A stretch of 43,467 bases of DNA from Candidatus Komeilibacteria bacterium (GTDB taxonomy: Bacteria; Patescibacteriota; Patescibacteriia; UBA1558; GWA2-36-10), in the NCBI GenBank assembly GCA_018656655.1, contig JABHYW010000035.1:1-43467 (forward strand), read 5' to 3'. Under the pieces are notes generated by a model. It was not told the origin of the DNA. It ran no database searches and was given only the letters and a program-made list of their open reading frames with translations. The position numbers and the translations under genes were made by a program. Each line of letters begins with the position of its first letter. The first letter of the stretch is position 1. Shown piece by piece: positions 1-9,999 of this stretch.

Positions 1-48
1 AAAAATAGACTTAGACCTAATATGATTAAAAGATTAAAAGTAAGCTAA
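1..48 (+). CDS. rplM: 50S ribosomal protein L13, C-terminal end (partial)
   Basis: Frame 1 reads KNRLRPNMIKRLKVS*, matching the L13 C-terminal KNRL..KRLKV motif; lies directly upstream of rpsI, as in the conserved rplM-rpsI pair. Confidence 0.85.
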   Translation, partial: KNRLRPNMIKRLKVS

Positions 49-49
49 T

Positions 50-463
50 ATGGCAGTAAAGAAAGAAAATAAAGATTATATTCCAGCTGTTGGCAAAAGA
101 AAAAGAGCTATCGCTAGAATTCGTATTATCAAAGATAATGCTAAAGGTGTAAAGATTACTGTTAATGATAAAGATTATAAAGAATATCTACCTTATTTCC
201 AGTGGCAAGAATTAGTTTTAAAACCATTGAAATTAGTTGGTAGAGACAATATTACTATTTCTATTAGAGTAGCTGGCGGTGGAATCAAAGGACAAGTAGA
301 TGCTATTAAGCATGGAATTGCTAGAGCCTTACTTAAAACTGATGAAGATTTACGCGCTACTTTGAAAAAAGAAGGTTTACTAACCAGAGATGCTCGTAAA
401 AAAGAAAGAAAGAAGCCTGGCTTGAAAAAAGCCCGTCGAGCACCACAATGGTCAAAACGTTAA
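50..463 (+). CDS. rpsI: 30S ribosomal protein S9
   Basis: GKRKRAIAR, GGGIKGQVDAIKHGIARAL and the C-terminal ERKKPGLKKARRAPQWSKR signature. Confidence 0.98.
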   Translation: MAVKKENKDYIPAVGKRKRAIARIRIIKDNAKGVKITVNDKDYKEYLPYFQWQELVLKPLKLVGRDNITISIRVAGGGIKGQVDAIKHGIARALLKTDEDLRATLKKEGLLTRDARKKERKKPGLKKARRAPQWSKR

Positions 464-482
464 TATCAAATATTTTTTATAT

Positions 483-511
483 AAAAAACCCCAAAAATAT
501 GGGGTTTTTTT
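483..511 (+). terminator. Intrinsic terminator after rpsI
   Basis: AAAAAACCCCA-loop-TGGGGTTTTTTT hairpin with T-run. Confidence 0.75.
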
Positions 512-548
512 GCTTTATTTACTAGGTTTTTTGTGATAAAATAGACCT

Positions 549-2006
549 ATGGTTAGTAGTCAAAAAATCACTGCAAATACCAGTTTTTTCATGATAGCCC
601 TAGTCATTCAGAAGGTGCTAGCTTTTGTTTACTTTACATTTTTAGCTCGTAGTTTAGGGGCTGAAGGTATAGGTCAATATTTTTTTGCTATATCTTTTGC
701 TTCTATGTTCTCAGTTTTGATAGATTTAGGACTAGCACCACTGCTTATTCGTGAAGTAGCTAAAGTCGAAGATGCTGAGCAAAGCCGAAGTAAGAAAGAA
801 AACGCAGATAAATGGTTTCAGCAGATTTTTACTTTAAAACTTATTTTTGCTGTAGTCACAGCAGCTATAGTATTGATATTAGATTTAGTTTTCTTTTATA
901 GTGATCCAGTTAGAAATTTAATATTTTTAACAACTGCTATTATTGTGATTGATAGTTTTACTTTGCTTTTTTATGCATTTATTAGAGGTAGGCAAAATCT
1001 TAAATTTGAATCTTGGGGTACTATTATTTTCCAGATCATAGTAATGATTATGGGTCTTAGTTTATTACGTGTTACTGATAATGTATTTATTTTATTAACA
1101 GTCCTTTTTGTAGCTAGCCTGTTCAATATGATTTACTCAGGCATTATTTTAAATAATAAATTTGCTATAAAATTAAAACTTTATTTTTCCAAAGATTTAG
1201 CTAAGCAGATAATGATGATAGCTTTACCATTTGCTTTGGCAGCTATCTTTGCTAAAGTTTACGCTTATATAGATACAGTATTAATAAAAGTTTTTTTAGG
1301 TGATGCAGAAGTCGGATTTTATAGTGTAGCTTACAAAATCACTTTCGCTCTGCAGTTTATTCCACTAGCTTTTGTAGCAGCCCTTTATCCAGCCTTCTCC
1401 AATTATTTTAAAAATGATATTGAAAAATTAAAACGTACTTTTGCTAAAGCTTTTAATTATTTAGCTTTTATTGCTTTGCCGGTTAGTTTTGGTATTATTG
1501 CTTCGGCAAATGAAATTATAAATAAATTATATACTGACGATTTTGATTCAATCTGGCCATTAAAAGTATTGATTGCTTCTATACCATTTTTGTTTATAAA
1601 TTTTTCTTTATCCAGTTTTCTGAATGCTACTGAGCGTCAAAAAATAAATACTAGGAATCTGGGAATAGTAATGGTATTTAATGTTATTTTGAATTTAATT
1701 TTTATCCCAAGGATTGGTGTTTGGGGAGCTAGTTTAGCTTCTACTTTATCTACATTGTTTTTATTTATTTTAAACCTTAATCAGGTAATGAAGGTAATTC
1801 ATATGCCTATTAGATTTTTTAGACCGCTATTAGGCTCTTTATTTTCAGCCTTTATAATGTATTGGGCGGTTGTTTATACCAAAGATATTGTAGGTTGGAT
1901 TTTATCTATTGTAGTTGGCGCTGTAGTGTATTTAATGCTAATGTTTATTACTAGAACTATCAAAAAACAAGATTTGGTTTTTATAAAAAAATCATTTAGA
2001 TTATGA
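549..2006 (+). CDS. Wzx-type polysaccharide flippase
   Basis: 485 aa polytopic membrane protein; ARSLGAEGIGQY, DLGL...REVA and YIDTVLI...GDAEVGFYSVAYK motifs; first gene of a glycosyltransferase cluster. Confidence 0.9.
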   Translation: MVSSQKITANTSFFMIALVIQKVLAFVYFTFLARSLGAEGIGQYFFAISFASMFSVLIDLGLAPLLIREVAKVEDAEQSRSKKENADKWFQQIFTLKLIFAVVTAAIVLILDLVFFYSDPVRNLIFLTTAIIVIDSFTLLFYAFIRGRQNLKFESWGTIIFQIIVMIMGLSLLRVTDNVFILLTVLFVASLFNMIYSGIILNNKFAIKLKLYFSKDLAKQIMMIALPFALAAIFAKVYAYIDTVLIKVFLGDAEVGFYSVAYKITFALQFIPLAFVAALYPAFSNYFKNDIEKLKRTFAKAFNYLAFIALPVSFGIIASANEIINKLYTDDFDSIWPLKVLIASIPFLFINFSLSSFLNATERQKINTRNLGIVMVFNVILNLIFIPRIGVWGASLASTLSTLFLFILNLNQVMKVIHMPIRFFRPLLGSLFSAFIMYWAVVYTKDIVGWILSIVVGAVVYLMLMFITRTIKKQDLVFIKKSFRL

Positions 2007-3088
2007 AAAAGACCTTGGTTTTAACACATGAATATTATCCGTTTAGAGGTGGAGTAGCTCGTTACTGCCATAATCTTTTTAAGTTTTTTAATAATAGTGA
2101 ATATTTAGTTATTACTGATAATAAAAAAGTAGAAACTAAAGATAATGTTATTAATATTAAATTAACTTATTCTTGGTTTAAACCTTCTTGGTTGCTAAGT
2201 TATTTTAAATTAAAAAAAATAATCAAAAAACATAATATAGAACAAATTTTTACGCCAAATATTTTGCCATTAGGAAGCTTAGCCTATTATTTGAAAATTC
2301 CTTATGTTATTTCTTTGCACGGCTTAGATATTAATTTAGCTCTTAAAAACAAACCAGGTCTGGCTAGAAAGATTTTAGAGAATGCCAAGGCTATAATAGT
2401 GAATACAAAAAATACTGCTGAGATTATTAAGCCACTTAAACTTGATAATTCAAAAATACATCTTATATATCCAGGTTTAGATTTTGATACTAATTATGAC
2501 GAAAGTAAATTAGAGGCTTTTCGTAAAAAATTAGAAATTGGTGATAATAAAATAATAATGACTTTAGCTCGTCTTAATAAACGCAAAGGTCAAGATTTAG
2601 TTATTGAAGCTGTAGCTCAAATAAAAAATGATTATAAATTAAAATATTTTATTGTTGGTAGTGGCGAAGAGAAAAAACATTTAGAATTTTTGATAGCTAA
2701 ACATAAGTTATCAGACAATGTATTTATTTTTGATAATATAGATGATGAAGAGTTAATTTATTTTTTTAAGTTAGCAGATATTTTCGCTATGCCTCATAAA
2801 CAATTAGGTAGCGATGTTGAAGGTTTTGGCATGGTCTTTTTAGAAGCAGCTTCCTGCAGGCTGCCAATTATCGCTGGTGATAGCGGAGGAGTTAAAGAGG
2901 TATTTAATAGATCAGAACAGGCAATTTTAGTCCCTAGTGATGATTTAAGAGCTTTAGTGGTCTCTATTAAACACTTATTGAATAATCCGCAAGAAGCTGA
3001 TAAACTAGCAGACGCTGCTTATAAACGAGCTGGGCAATTTAAAGGGGCTCAGCAACAGTCATTAATATTAAAAGGAATTTTAAAATAG
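2003..3088 (+). CDS. Glycosyltransferase family 4 (GT-B, PimB-like)
   Basis: YYPFRGGVARY, RLNKRKGQD and EGFGMVFLEAA...P motifs. Confidence 0.92.
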   Translation: MKKTLVLTHEYYPFRGGVARYCHNLFKFFNNSEYLVITDNKKVETKDNVINIKLTYSWFKPSWLLSYFKLKKIIKKHNIEQIFTPNILPLGSLAYYLKIPYVISLHGLDINLALKNKPGLARKILENAKAIIVNTKNTAEIIKPLKLDNSKIHLIYPGLDFDTNYDESKLEAFRKKLEIGDNKIIMTLARLNKRKGQDLVIEAVAQIKNDYKLKYFIVGSGEEKKHLEFLIAKHKLSDNVFIFDNIDDEELIYFFKLADIFAMPHKQLGSDVEGFGMVFLEAASCRLPIIAGDSGGVKEVFNRSEQAILVPSDDLRALVVSIKHLLNNPQEADKLADAAYKRAGQFKGAQQQSLILKGILK

Positions 3089-3089
3089 T

Positions 3090-4259
3090 ATGAAAAAATT
3101 TGATGTTATAATGCTTAATATGTCTAATTATTCTGAATGGGGTGAAGGTGTCTCCAATCGTAATTATCATATTTTGCGTGAGCTTTTAAATAGAGAAGAA
3201 ATTGGAAAAATTTTAGCTGTTGATTATTTGCCGCTTAGTTTTAAAAGAGCTTTACGAACTTATAAAGAGGATTTAGTTTTGAATATTGATGATGCTAAAA
3301 TAGTAAAGAGAGGATTGACTCATAAGGTTTCTAAAATTTCTGATAAACTTTATGTCTATACGGATATAGATTTTTGGCTTAGACCAAAAAATACTATGAA
3401 GCGTATTAAAAAAACTGCCATAGATTTAGGCTTTGGTGATTTTGTATTATGGTCCTATTATCCTTTTGCCGCTCCTTATTGGGATAAGATGGGGCAGAAA
3501 ATGACTATTTTTGATGCAGTGGATAATTGGTTGTTACATTCTTCTTATGATAAACATACGGATAAATTAAAGGCTGCTTATGACAAAATAAAGAATGAAA
3601 CGGATTTAATTTTTGTAGTTTCTAAAAATCTAACTAATTTTTTTGATGATCAGCCAAATGTGTATTGGGTACCTAATGGCGTAGATATTAAACATTATAA
3701 TAAAAAGTTTGCTTTAATTAATAGAGATATTTCAGATATTGCCAAACCAATTATCGGTTATATTGGTGTAGTACAGAAAAAGGTGGATTTTGAACTATTA
3801 AAATATTTAGCAGATAAGAATCTTGATAAATCTATTGTAATTGTTGGTCCAGTTTGGGCAGAACAGGAAAAAGCTAAAGAAGCCTTGGTAGAAAAGAAAA
3901 ATGTGTATTTTTTAGGCTATAAAAAATATAGTGAAGCTCCTCAATATATTCAGCAATTTGACGTTGGAATAATTCCACATAAGACAGCTGGATTTAGTGC
4001 TACAACTAATCCAATGAAAATGTATGAATATTTAGCTTGTGGTAAACCAGTGGTAGCTACCAATAATATTGGCACAGAAAATGTTGAGGATATGATTTCA
4101 GTAGCTAAAGATTATGAAAGTTTTAATAAATTAGTAAACGATGCTATTTTAAGTGATAGCGATGAGCATAGAGCCAGTCGAAAAGATTTTGTTAAAAAGT
4201 TTTCTTGGTTTAATACAGTATCTAAGATGATTGATTTAACTAAAAATAAATTTAATTAG
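3090..4259 (+). CDS. GT-B glycosyltransferase (TuaH-like)
   Basis: FDAVDNW, VPNGVD, PIIGYIG and NPMKMYEYLACGKPVV motifs. Confidence 0.88.
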   Translation: MKKFDVIMLNMSNYSEWGEGVSNRNYHILRELLNREEIGKILAVDYLPLSFKRALRTYKEDLVLNIDDAKIVKRGLTHKVSKISDKLYVYTDIDFWLRPKNTMKRIKKTAIDLGFGDFVLWSYYPFAAPYWDKMGQKMTIFDAVDNWLLHSSYDKHTDKLKAAYDKIKNETDLIFVVSKNLTNFFDDQPNVYWVPNGVDIKHYNKKFALINRDISDIAKPIIGYIGVVQKKVDFELLKYLADKNLDKSIVIVGPVWAEQEKAKEALVEKKNVYFLGYKKYSEAPQYIQQFDVGIIPHKTAGFSATTNPMKMYEYLACGKPVVATNNIGTENVEDMISVAKDYESFNKLVNDAILSDSDEHRASRKDFVKKFSWFNTVSKMIDLTKNKFN

Positions 4260-4260
4260 T

Positions 4261-5127
4261 ATGAAGCCAGATATTTCCATTATTATTGTTAATTGGAAAG
4301 TTAAAGATCTTTTAGAGAAATCTTTAAGCTCCATTTTTGCTTATCAGAAAGATTATCAAGTAGAAGTATTGGTAGTAGATAATAATAGTCAGGATGGTAG
4401 TGTGGCTATGATTAAGGAAAAATTTCCCCAAGTGATTCTAATATCCCTGTCTGATAATATTGGTTTTGGAGCTGCTAATAATCTAGCGATAAAAGAAGCT
4501 CAGGCGGAGTATATATTTTTATTAAATCCAGATACTGAAATAACAGAAGATTTTTTAGATAGAGCGCTTACTTATTTAAAAAATAATCCAAGCGTAGGTA
4601 TTATGGCACCTAGGATTATAAATAGCGATGGTAGTAAACAATTGTCTATTAGGCGTCATCCAGATTTGTTATCTCAGGTTTTAATAATGTTTAAGTTAAA
4701 AAATATTTTAGTTAATAATAAAATTCTTAATAATTATTTGCTAAAAGATTTTGACTATAATAAAGAGCAAACAGTCGATCAGATAATGGGCGCAGCGATG
4801 TTAATCCGTAAATCTGTCTTTGAAAAGATAGGTACTTTTGATGAAAAGTTTTTTGTCTGGTTTGAAGAAGTTGATTTATGTAAGAGAGCTGGTCAGGCTT
4901 CTATAATTATAAAATACTTTCCCAGTGCTGAAATTGTTCACCAAGGTGGAGAAAGTTTTTCTAAAAGTAATAGTTTGAAGAAACAAATAATTTTTAATAA
5001 AAGTTTATTGTACTATTTTTCAAAACATAAGCCTATTTGGCAAAGTTTAATAATTTTATTACTAATTCCAATTAATATAATTCTGACATTAATTTATGTC
5101 ATATTTTTCAAAAGAAAAACAAAATAA
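4261..5127 (+). CDS. Glycosyltransferase family 2 (WbbL/rhamnosyltransferase-like)
   Basis: SIIIVNW, VDNNSQDGS, NIGFGAANN, LLNPD and FDEKFFVWFEEVDLC motifs. Confidence 0.92.
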   Translation: MKPDISIIIVNWKVKDLLEKSLSSIFAYQKDYQVEVLVVDNNSQDGSVAMIKEKFPQVILISLSDNIGFGAANNLAIKEAQAEYIFLLNPDTEITEDFLDRALTYLKNNPSVGIMAPRIINSDGSKQLSIRRHPDLLSQVLIMFKLKNILVNNKILNNYLLKDFDYNKEQTVDQIMGAAMLIRKSVFEKIGTFDEKFFVWFEEVDLCKRAGQASIIIKYFPSAEIVHQGGESFSKSNSLKKQIIFNKSLLYYFSKHKPIWQSLIILLLIPINIILTLIYVIFFKRKTK

Positions 5128-6544
5128 CTTTTTTATCAAGTGGCTAGGAATTTTTATAATTTTAGAATTACTATCTGGCTTAGCTTGGCGTTTTAATAAT
5201 CTTAATTGGATTATTTTATTAATAATTGCTTTGCTTACAATATTTTTTCTTTTCAAAAAACCAATATACGCTCTTTATATACCTTTAGCTGAAATTTTTT
5301 GGGGTTCATTAGGACATAGTTTTGATTATAATGTTATTAGCACTAGATTATTAATATTTGTATTAGTTCTTCTAATTTTTGTAATTAAAAACATAGGGCA
5401 ATTAAAAAAAATACAGATTTTAAAAGATAAGGCCTTACTTAGGCTTTATTTATTTTTATTATTTTTTATACTAGTCACAGCTATAGCTGGTTATTATAAT
5501 AGCTATGATCTTAGAAAAGTATTTTTTGATGCTAATGCTTATATTTATCTTTTATATTTGCCTGTCTGGTATCAAGTTTATGATAAAAAGTATTTGGGAA
5601 ATATATTCAATATGCTAAAAGCAGCAGCTTTAATAATAACAATTAAAACTTTAATATTACTTAATATTTTTTCGCAGGATTATAAATTTTTAGATATTGA
5701 TAGTATTTATAAATGGGTTAGGGATACTAGGACAGGAGAAATAACACCTTTTAAGGATTCTTTTTTTAGAATTTTTATGCAATCCCAATTTTATTTAATC
5801 TTGGCCTGGTTTTGGTTATTTTTAAAACAAATGAAAGATTTTAAGAATAGGAATAGCTTTATATTATTAGCTATTATTTCAGCAGCTCTACTAGTTTCTT
5901 TGTCTCGTAGTTTTTGGTTAGGAATATTTGTTGGTTTATTATTTGTGGTAGTAAATATTTTTATTTATCAAAAAAAACGCATTTCATTCTATATATTTTT
6001 ATCTCTAGCAACTGTAGGAATAGCTGGTATTCTATTAGTACAAGTTTTTTATAATTTACCTATTTATAAAAACATAAATATTTTTACACAACGGACAACT
6101 AGCGTGACTGAGCCAGCTGCTAATACTCGTAGTCAATTGTGGAGTCCAATGTGGCAAGTAATTAAAGAGAGGCCAGTAATTGGGCACGGCTTTGGTAAGC
6201 AAATCACTTACCAATCTTCAGATCCTCGTATTAAGAATATAGATAATCCTGAAGGCTGGACCACTACTTATGCCTTTGAATGGGGCTGGATGGATCAATT
6301 AGTTAAAGGAGGTACAATATTGGTATTATTGTTTGTTATTTGGCTAATACAACTCTATTATCGAGCTTACCTTAAAATGGCGATTAACCCCGTACTTAGC
6401 TTAGCATTAACAGCAACATTGACTAGTTTGTTAATTATTCATATATTTACACCATACATCAATCATCCTCTAGGTTTATCCTTTTTGATGTTAATTAGTA
6501 TAATTTTTGGACCTTATGCAAAAAAAGACAAGAGTTACTATTAG
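5096..6544 (+). CDS. O-antigen ligase/Wzy_C-family membrane protein
   Basis: Polytopic membrane protein with SLSRSFWLG and R..LW...I.ERP.IGHGFG motifs, inside the glycan cluster. Confidence 0.82.
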   Translation: MSYFSKEKQNNFFIKWLGIFIILELLSGLAWRFNNLNWIILLIIALLTIFFLFKKPIYALYIPLAEIFWGSLGHSFDYNVISTRLLIFVLVLLIFVIKNIGQLKKIQILKDKALLRLYLFLLFFILVTAIAGYYNSYDLRKVFFDANAYIYLLYLPVWYQVYDKKYLGNIFNMLKAAALIITIKTLILLNIFSQDYKFLDIDSIYKWVRDTRTGEITPFKDSFFRIFMQSQFYLILAWFWLFLKQMKDFKNRNSFILLAIISAALLVSLSRSFWLGIFVGLLFVVVNIFIYQKKRISFYIFLSLATVGIAGILLVQVFYNLPIYKNINIFTQRTTSVTEPAANTRSQLWSPMWQVIKERPVIGHGFGKQITYQSSDPRIKNIDNPEGWTTTYAFEWGWMDQLVKGGTILVLLFVIWLIQLYYRAYLKMAINPVLSLALTATLTSLLIIHIFTPYINHPLGLSFLMLISIIFGPYAKKDKSYY

Positions 6545-7514
6545 TTTACTTACTTGGAATGGCCAAAAATATTTACCTTGGCTAATGAAGAGTTTATCTG
6601 AACAATCTTTTGTAGATTGGGAACTTTTGGTTCTTGATAATGCCTCAAGTGATAATTCAGTTGATATAATTAAAGAATATTATCCTAAAGCTAGGATTAT
6701 AAAGCAAAAACAAAATATTGGTTTTGCTAAAGGAAATAATTTATTAATCAATTGGTCTAGTTCAGATTATATTTTAGTATTAAACCAAGATTTAATATTA
6801 GAGCCAAATTATATTAGAGATTTGGTAGATTTTTTGGATAAAAATTCTAAGGTAGCTTCTTGCAGTGGGAAATTAATGTATTGGGATTTTGATAAAGGTC
6901 TTAAAACTAAAACTATAGATTCTTATGGTTTTAAAATAGATAAGAAAAGAGAAGTAATAAATAGATATCAAGGTAAAGCAGAAATTAAAATTGAGAATGA
7001 AGAAGTATTTGGTTTATCAGCTACAGCGACTTTATATAGACGTAAAGCTTTAGACATTGTAGCTGGCGCGGCCAATGGAAATCATTTGCAATATTTTGAT
7101 GAAGATTTTTTTGCTTATAAAGAGGATATTGATTTAGCCTGGCGTTTGAGATTATTTGGATGGGAAAATTGGTTAATAAGCACTAGCAAAGCTTATCACC
7201 ATCGTAGTATATCAAAAAATAAAAATCTAAAAGTAGATCGTCAAAGCAGAGGATTGGCAAACAAATTTTCTTATCGTAATCATTTGATGATGATTTACAA
7301 AAATTCTTTTTATAAAAATCTGTTTAAAGACTTTCTGGCTATAAAGTGGTATGAATTTAAGAAACTTATTTACTTATTACTTTTTGAAAGAAGTACTCTA
7401 GTAGGTATTAAAGAATATTTTGCAAATATTCCAAGTTTAAGTAAAAAAAGAAAGTATATTATGAAATATAGAAAAGTTCAGGCTGATGATATATATAAAT
7501 GGTTTGAAAAATAA
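6516..7514 (+). CDS. Glycosyltransferase family 2
   Basis: LDNASSDNS, NIGFAKGNN, LNQD and FDEDFFAYKEDIDLAWR motifs; ATG at 6516 preferred over TTG at 6507. Confidence 0.9.
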   Translation: MQKKTRVTISLLTWNGQKYLPWLMKSLSEQSFVDWELLVLDNASSDNSVDIIKEYYPKARIIKQKQNIGFAKGNNLLINWSSSDYILVLNQDLILEPNYIRDLVDFLDKNSKVASCSGKLMYWDFDKGLKTKTIDSYGFKIDKKREVINRYQGKAEIKIENEEVFGLSATATLYRRKALDIVAGAANGNHLQYFDEDFFAYKEDIDLAWRLRLFGWENWLISTSKAYHHRSISKNKNLKVDRQSRGLANKFSYRNHLMMIYKNSFYKNLFKDFLAIKWYEFKKLIYLLLFERSTLVGIKEYFANIPSLSKKRKYIMKYRKVQADDIYKWFEK

Positions 7515-7515
7515 T

Positions 7516-8322
7516 ATGGATTTATCAATAGTAATTTTAAATTATAAAAATAAAAATTTAGCCAAAGAACTTTTAAAAAATTTGGTAGAATTAAATTTAC
7601 CTTATCAACATGAAATTATTGTAGTTGATAATGCATCCTATGATGGCATTAAAGAAATTGTGGAAGAAAAATTTCCGCAAGTTAAATTTATCCAGAGTCA
7701 TAAGAATGGTGGTTTTGCCTATGGAAATAATCTTGGAATAAAACAAGCCCAAGGTAAATATATTATGATAATGAATCCAGATTTAGCTATTTTATCAGAT
7801 GCTATAGATATACTTTATAAATATATGGAAGATAATATAGATGTAGCTTTGGCTGGACCAAGGTTAATTAATGCTGATAAAAGTGTACAGTCATCTTGTA
7901 CTACCTTACCAGATTGGAGATTGCCAATGTATAGACGCACATCTTTGGGTGATACTAAGGCTGGCCGTAGGTGGTTAGATAAATATTTAATGAAAAATTT
8001 AGATCATTACAAAAATAATTATGTACCAGCTTTATTTGGAGCATGTTTAATCTTTCGTAGTGATGCCTTGGATAAAGTAGGTTTATTAGATGAAAGATAT
8101 TTTATGTATTTAGAAGATTTAGATTGGTCTCGTCGTTTTTGGCAAAATGGCTATAAAGTGGCCTATGTTGGTAAAGCTGAGATTATTCACCTACATCGTC
8201 GTCAATCAGCCGCTCAAGGCCTAATAAAAACCTTATTTTCTAAGACTGCTCGTAATCATATCATTAGTTTTGTTAAGTATTTATTAAAATTTAAAGGTCA
8301 GAAATTACCTAGAATTTCTTAA
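7516..8322 (+). CDS. Glycosyltransferase family 2
   Basis: MDLSIVILNY, VDNASYD, GFAYGNN, MNPD and LDERYFMYLEDLDW motifs; ATG at 7516 follows the upstream stop. Confidence 0.9.
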   Translation: MDLSIVILNYKNKNLAKELLKNLVELNLPYQHEIIVVDNASYDGIKEIVEEKFPQVKFIQSHKNGGFAYGNNLGIKQAQGKYIMIMNPDLAILSDAIDILYKYMEDNIDVALAGPRLINADKSVQSSCTTLPDWRLPMYRRTSLGDTKAGRRWLDKYLMKNLDHYKNNYVPALFGACLIFRSDALDKVGLLDERYFMYLEDLDWSRRFWQNGYKVAYVGKAEIIHLHRRQSAAQGLIKTLFSKTARNHIISFVKYLLKFKGQKLPRIS

Positions 8323-8385
8323 TTTTTACCTTGATTTATAAGCTAATTTCTTGTATTATTTATTATATAAGAAATTTTTAAATTT

Positions 8386-9999
8386 ATGGTAAAAAATCAA
8401 CTCCGCAAAGCGGGACAAAGGCAAAAAGAGACTAATCGAGCTCAGCTTGATGGTATCAATGATGAATATCAGCAAAGATTAGTCAAAAGAGCTACTATAA
8501 AAGAACTGGGCATAAATTTACATCCAGAGAATTTTTTAGAGCGTATTAGTAGTAATGAAGCTAAACTTAAAGGTAAAAAAGATAAATTACGATCTGGTGA
8601 GGATGTTATGTCTTCTGTTAAAAGTAATGTGCGTTTAGCCGGAAGAGTGATGACTTTTAGATCTCATGGTAAATTATCCTTCGCTCAATTGCAGGATTTT
8701 GAAGGTCGTTTTCAATTAGCTTTTGTTAAAGGTGTGACCAGTGTTGCTTCTTTAGATGAAAGCAAAATGCCTTATCATAAATTTTGGGAAAAAATGCTTG
8801 ATCTAGGTGATTACATTGGTGTAGATGGGGAACTTTTTACTACTAAGCATGGAGAATTAACTTTGTTAGTAAAAGAAATCACTTTTTTAGGAAAAGCTCT
8901 TCGTCCAATGCCAGAAAAATTTCATGGTTTAGCTGATGAAGATCAGATTTTGCGTCATAGATATTTAGATACTTTAACAAATGAAGAAAGTCGAAAGAGA
9001 TTTAAATTTAGATCAGATGTTATAAAAACTGTGCGAGAATTTTTTTGGGCAAACAAATTTGATGAAGTAGAGACCCCGGTTTTAGAACATAAGGCTACTG
9101 GAGCAGCTGCTAAGCCATATTTTACTCATAGCAATGCTCTTGATTTAGATTTGGTATTACGTATTTCACAAGAGTTGCCACATAAGAAAATAATTACTGG
9201 TGGTTTTGAGCGTATTTTTGAAATCGGTAAAGCTTTTCGTAACGAGGGTATAGATCCATCGCACTTACCAGAGCACACTCATTTTGAATGGTATGCAGCA
9301 TATTGGGGTTATGAACAGAACATGGATTTTACTGAAAAGCTTATAAAGAATATTTTGGAAAAATTAAAAATTGACCCAGTTTTATCTTTAAAAAATAAAG
9401 AAGGTAAAATTAAAAAAGTTGATTTTAGTAAAAAATGGGAAAGAATTGATTATGTTCAACTTATTAAAAAAGATTCAGATATAGATATATTAGCAGTTAA
9501 AGATGTTGATGAATTAAGAAAACTAATCAAAAAAAATAAAATAGATATTCCAGATATGAATAACATGGGCTATGCTACCTTAGTTGATTATCTTTATAAA
9601 AAAGTAAGTCGACCAAAAATAATTGGTCCTGCATTTTTATATAATTATCCTAAAGCTTTACAACCATTAGCTAGACCAAATGATAAAAACCCAGAGATGG
9701 TTAATCAATTTCAGTTATTAATAAATGGTTGGGAAATAGTTAAAGGATATTCTGAGTTAGTTGATCCAGTTGATCAAGCAGAAAGATTTAAAGAGCAAGC
9801 AAAACAAAAAGCTAGTGGCGATGAAGAAGCTATGGAGGGTGATGATGAATATATTTTTGCTATGGAACATGGAATGCCTCCAATTTCAGGTGTAGGTTTT
9901 GGCTTGGATAGGTTTATTACTATTTTATCAAAACAAGATAGTTTGCGTGATTGTGTATTTTTTCCATTAATGAGGCCAAAAAAGAAAAATGAAAATTAA
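8386..9999 (+). CDS. lysS: Lysine--tRNA ligase (class II)
   Basis: OB-fold GRVM..RSHGKLSF; FEIGKAFRNEGID motif 2; GMPPISGVGFGLDR motif 3. Confidence 0.97.
   Translation: MVKNQLRKAGQRQKETNRAQLDGINDEYQQRLVKRATIKELGINLHPENFLERISSNEAKLKGKKDKLRSGEDVMSSVKSNVRLAGRVMTFRSHGKLSFAQLQDFEGRFQLAFVKGVTSVASLDESKMPYHKFWEKMLDLGDYIGVDGELFTTKHGELTLLVKEITFLGKALRPMPEKFHGLADEDQILRHRYLDTLTNEESRKRFKFRSDVIKTVREFFWANKFDEVETPVLEHKATGAAAKPYFTHSNALDLDLVLRISQELPHKKIITGGFERIFEIGKAFRNEGIDPSHLPEHTHFEWYAAYWGYEQNMDFTEKLIKNILEKLKIDPVLSLKNKEGKIKKVDFSKKWERIDYVQLIKKDSDIDILAVKDVDELRKLIKKNKIDIPDMNNMGYATLVDYLYKKVSRPKIIGPAFLYNYPKALQPLARPNDKNPEMVNQFQLLINGWEIVKGYSELVDPVDQAERFKEQAKQKASGDEEAMEGDDEYIFAMEHGMPPISGVGFGLDRFITILSKQDSLRDCVFFPLMRPKKKNEN

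Noticed and set aside
549..8322. Glycan cluster as a novel system
   Set aside because: Ordinary flippase, glycosyltransferase and ligase arrangement
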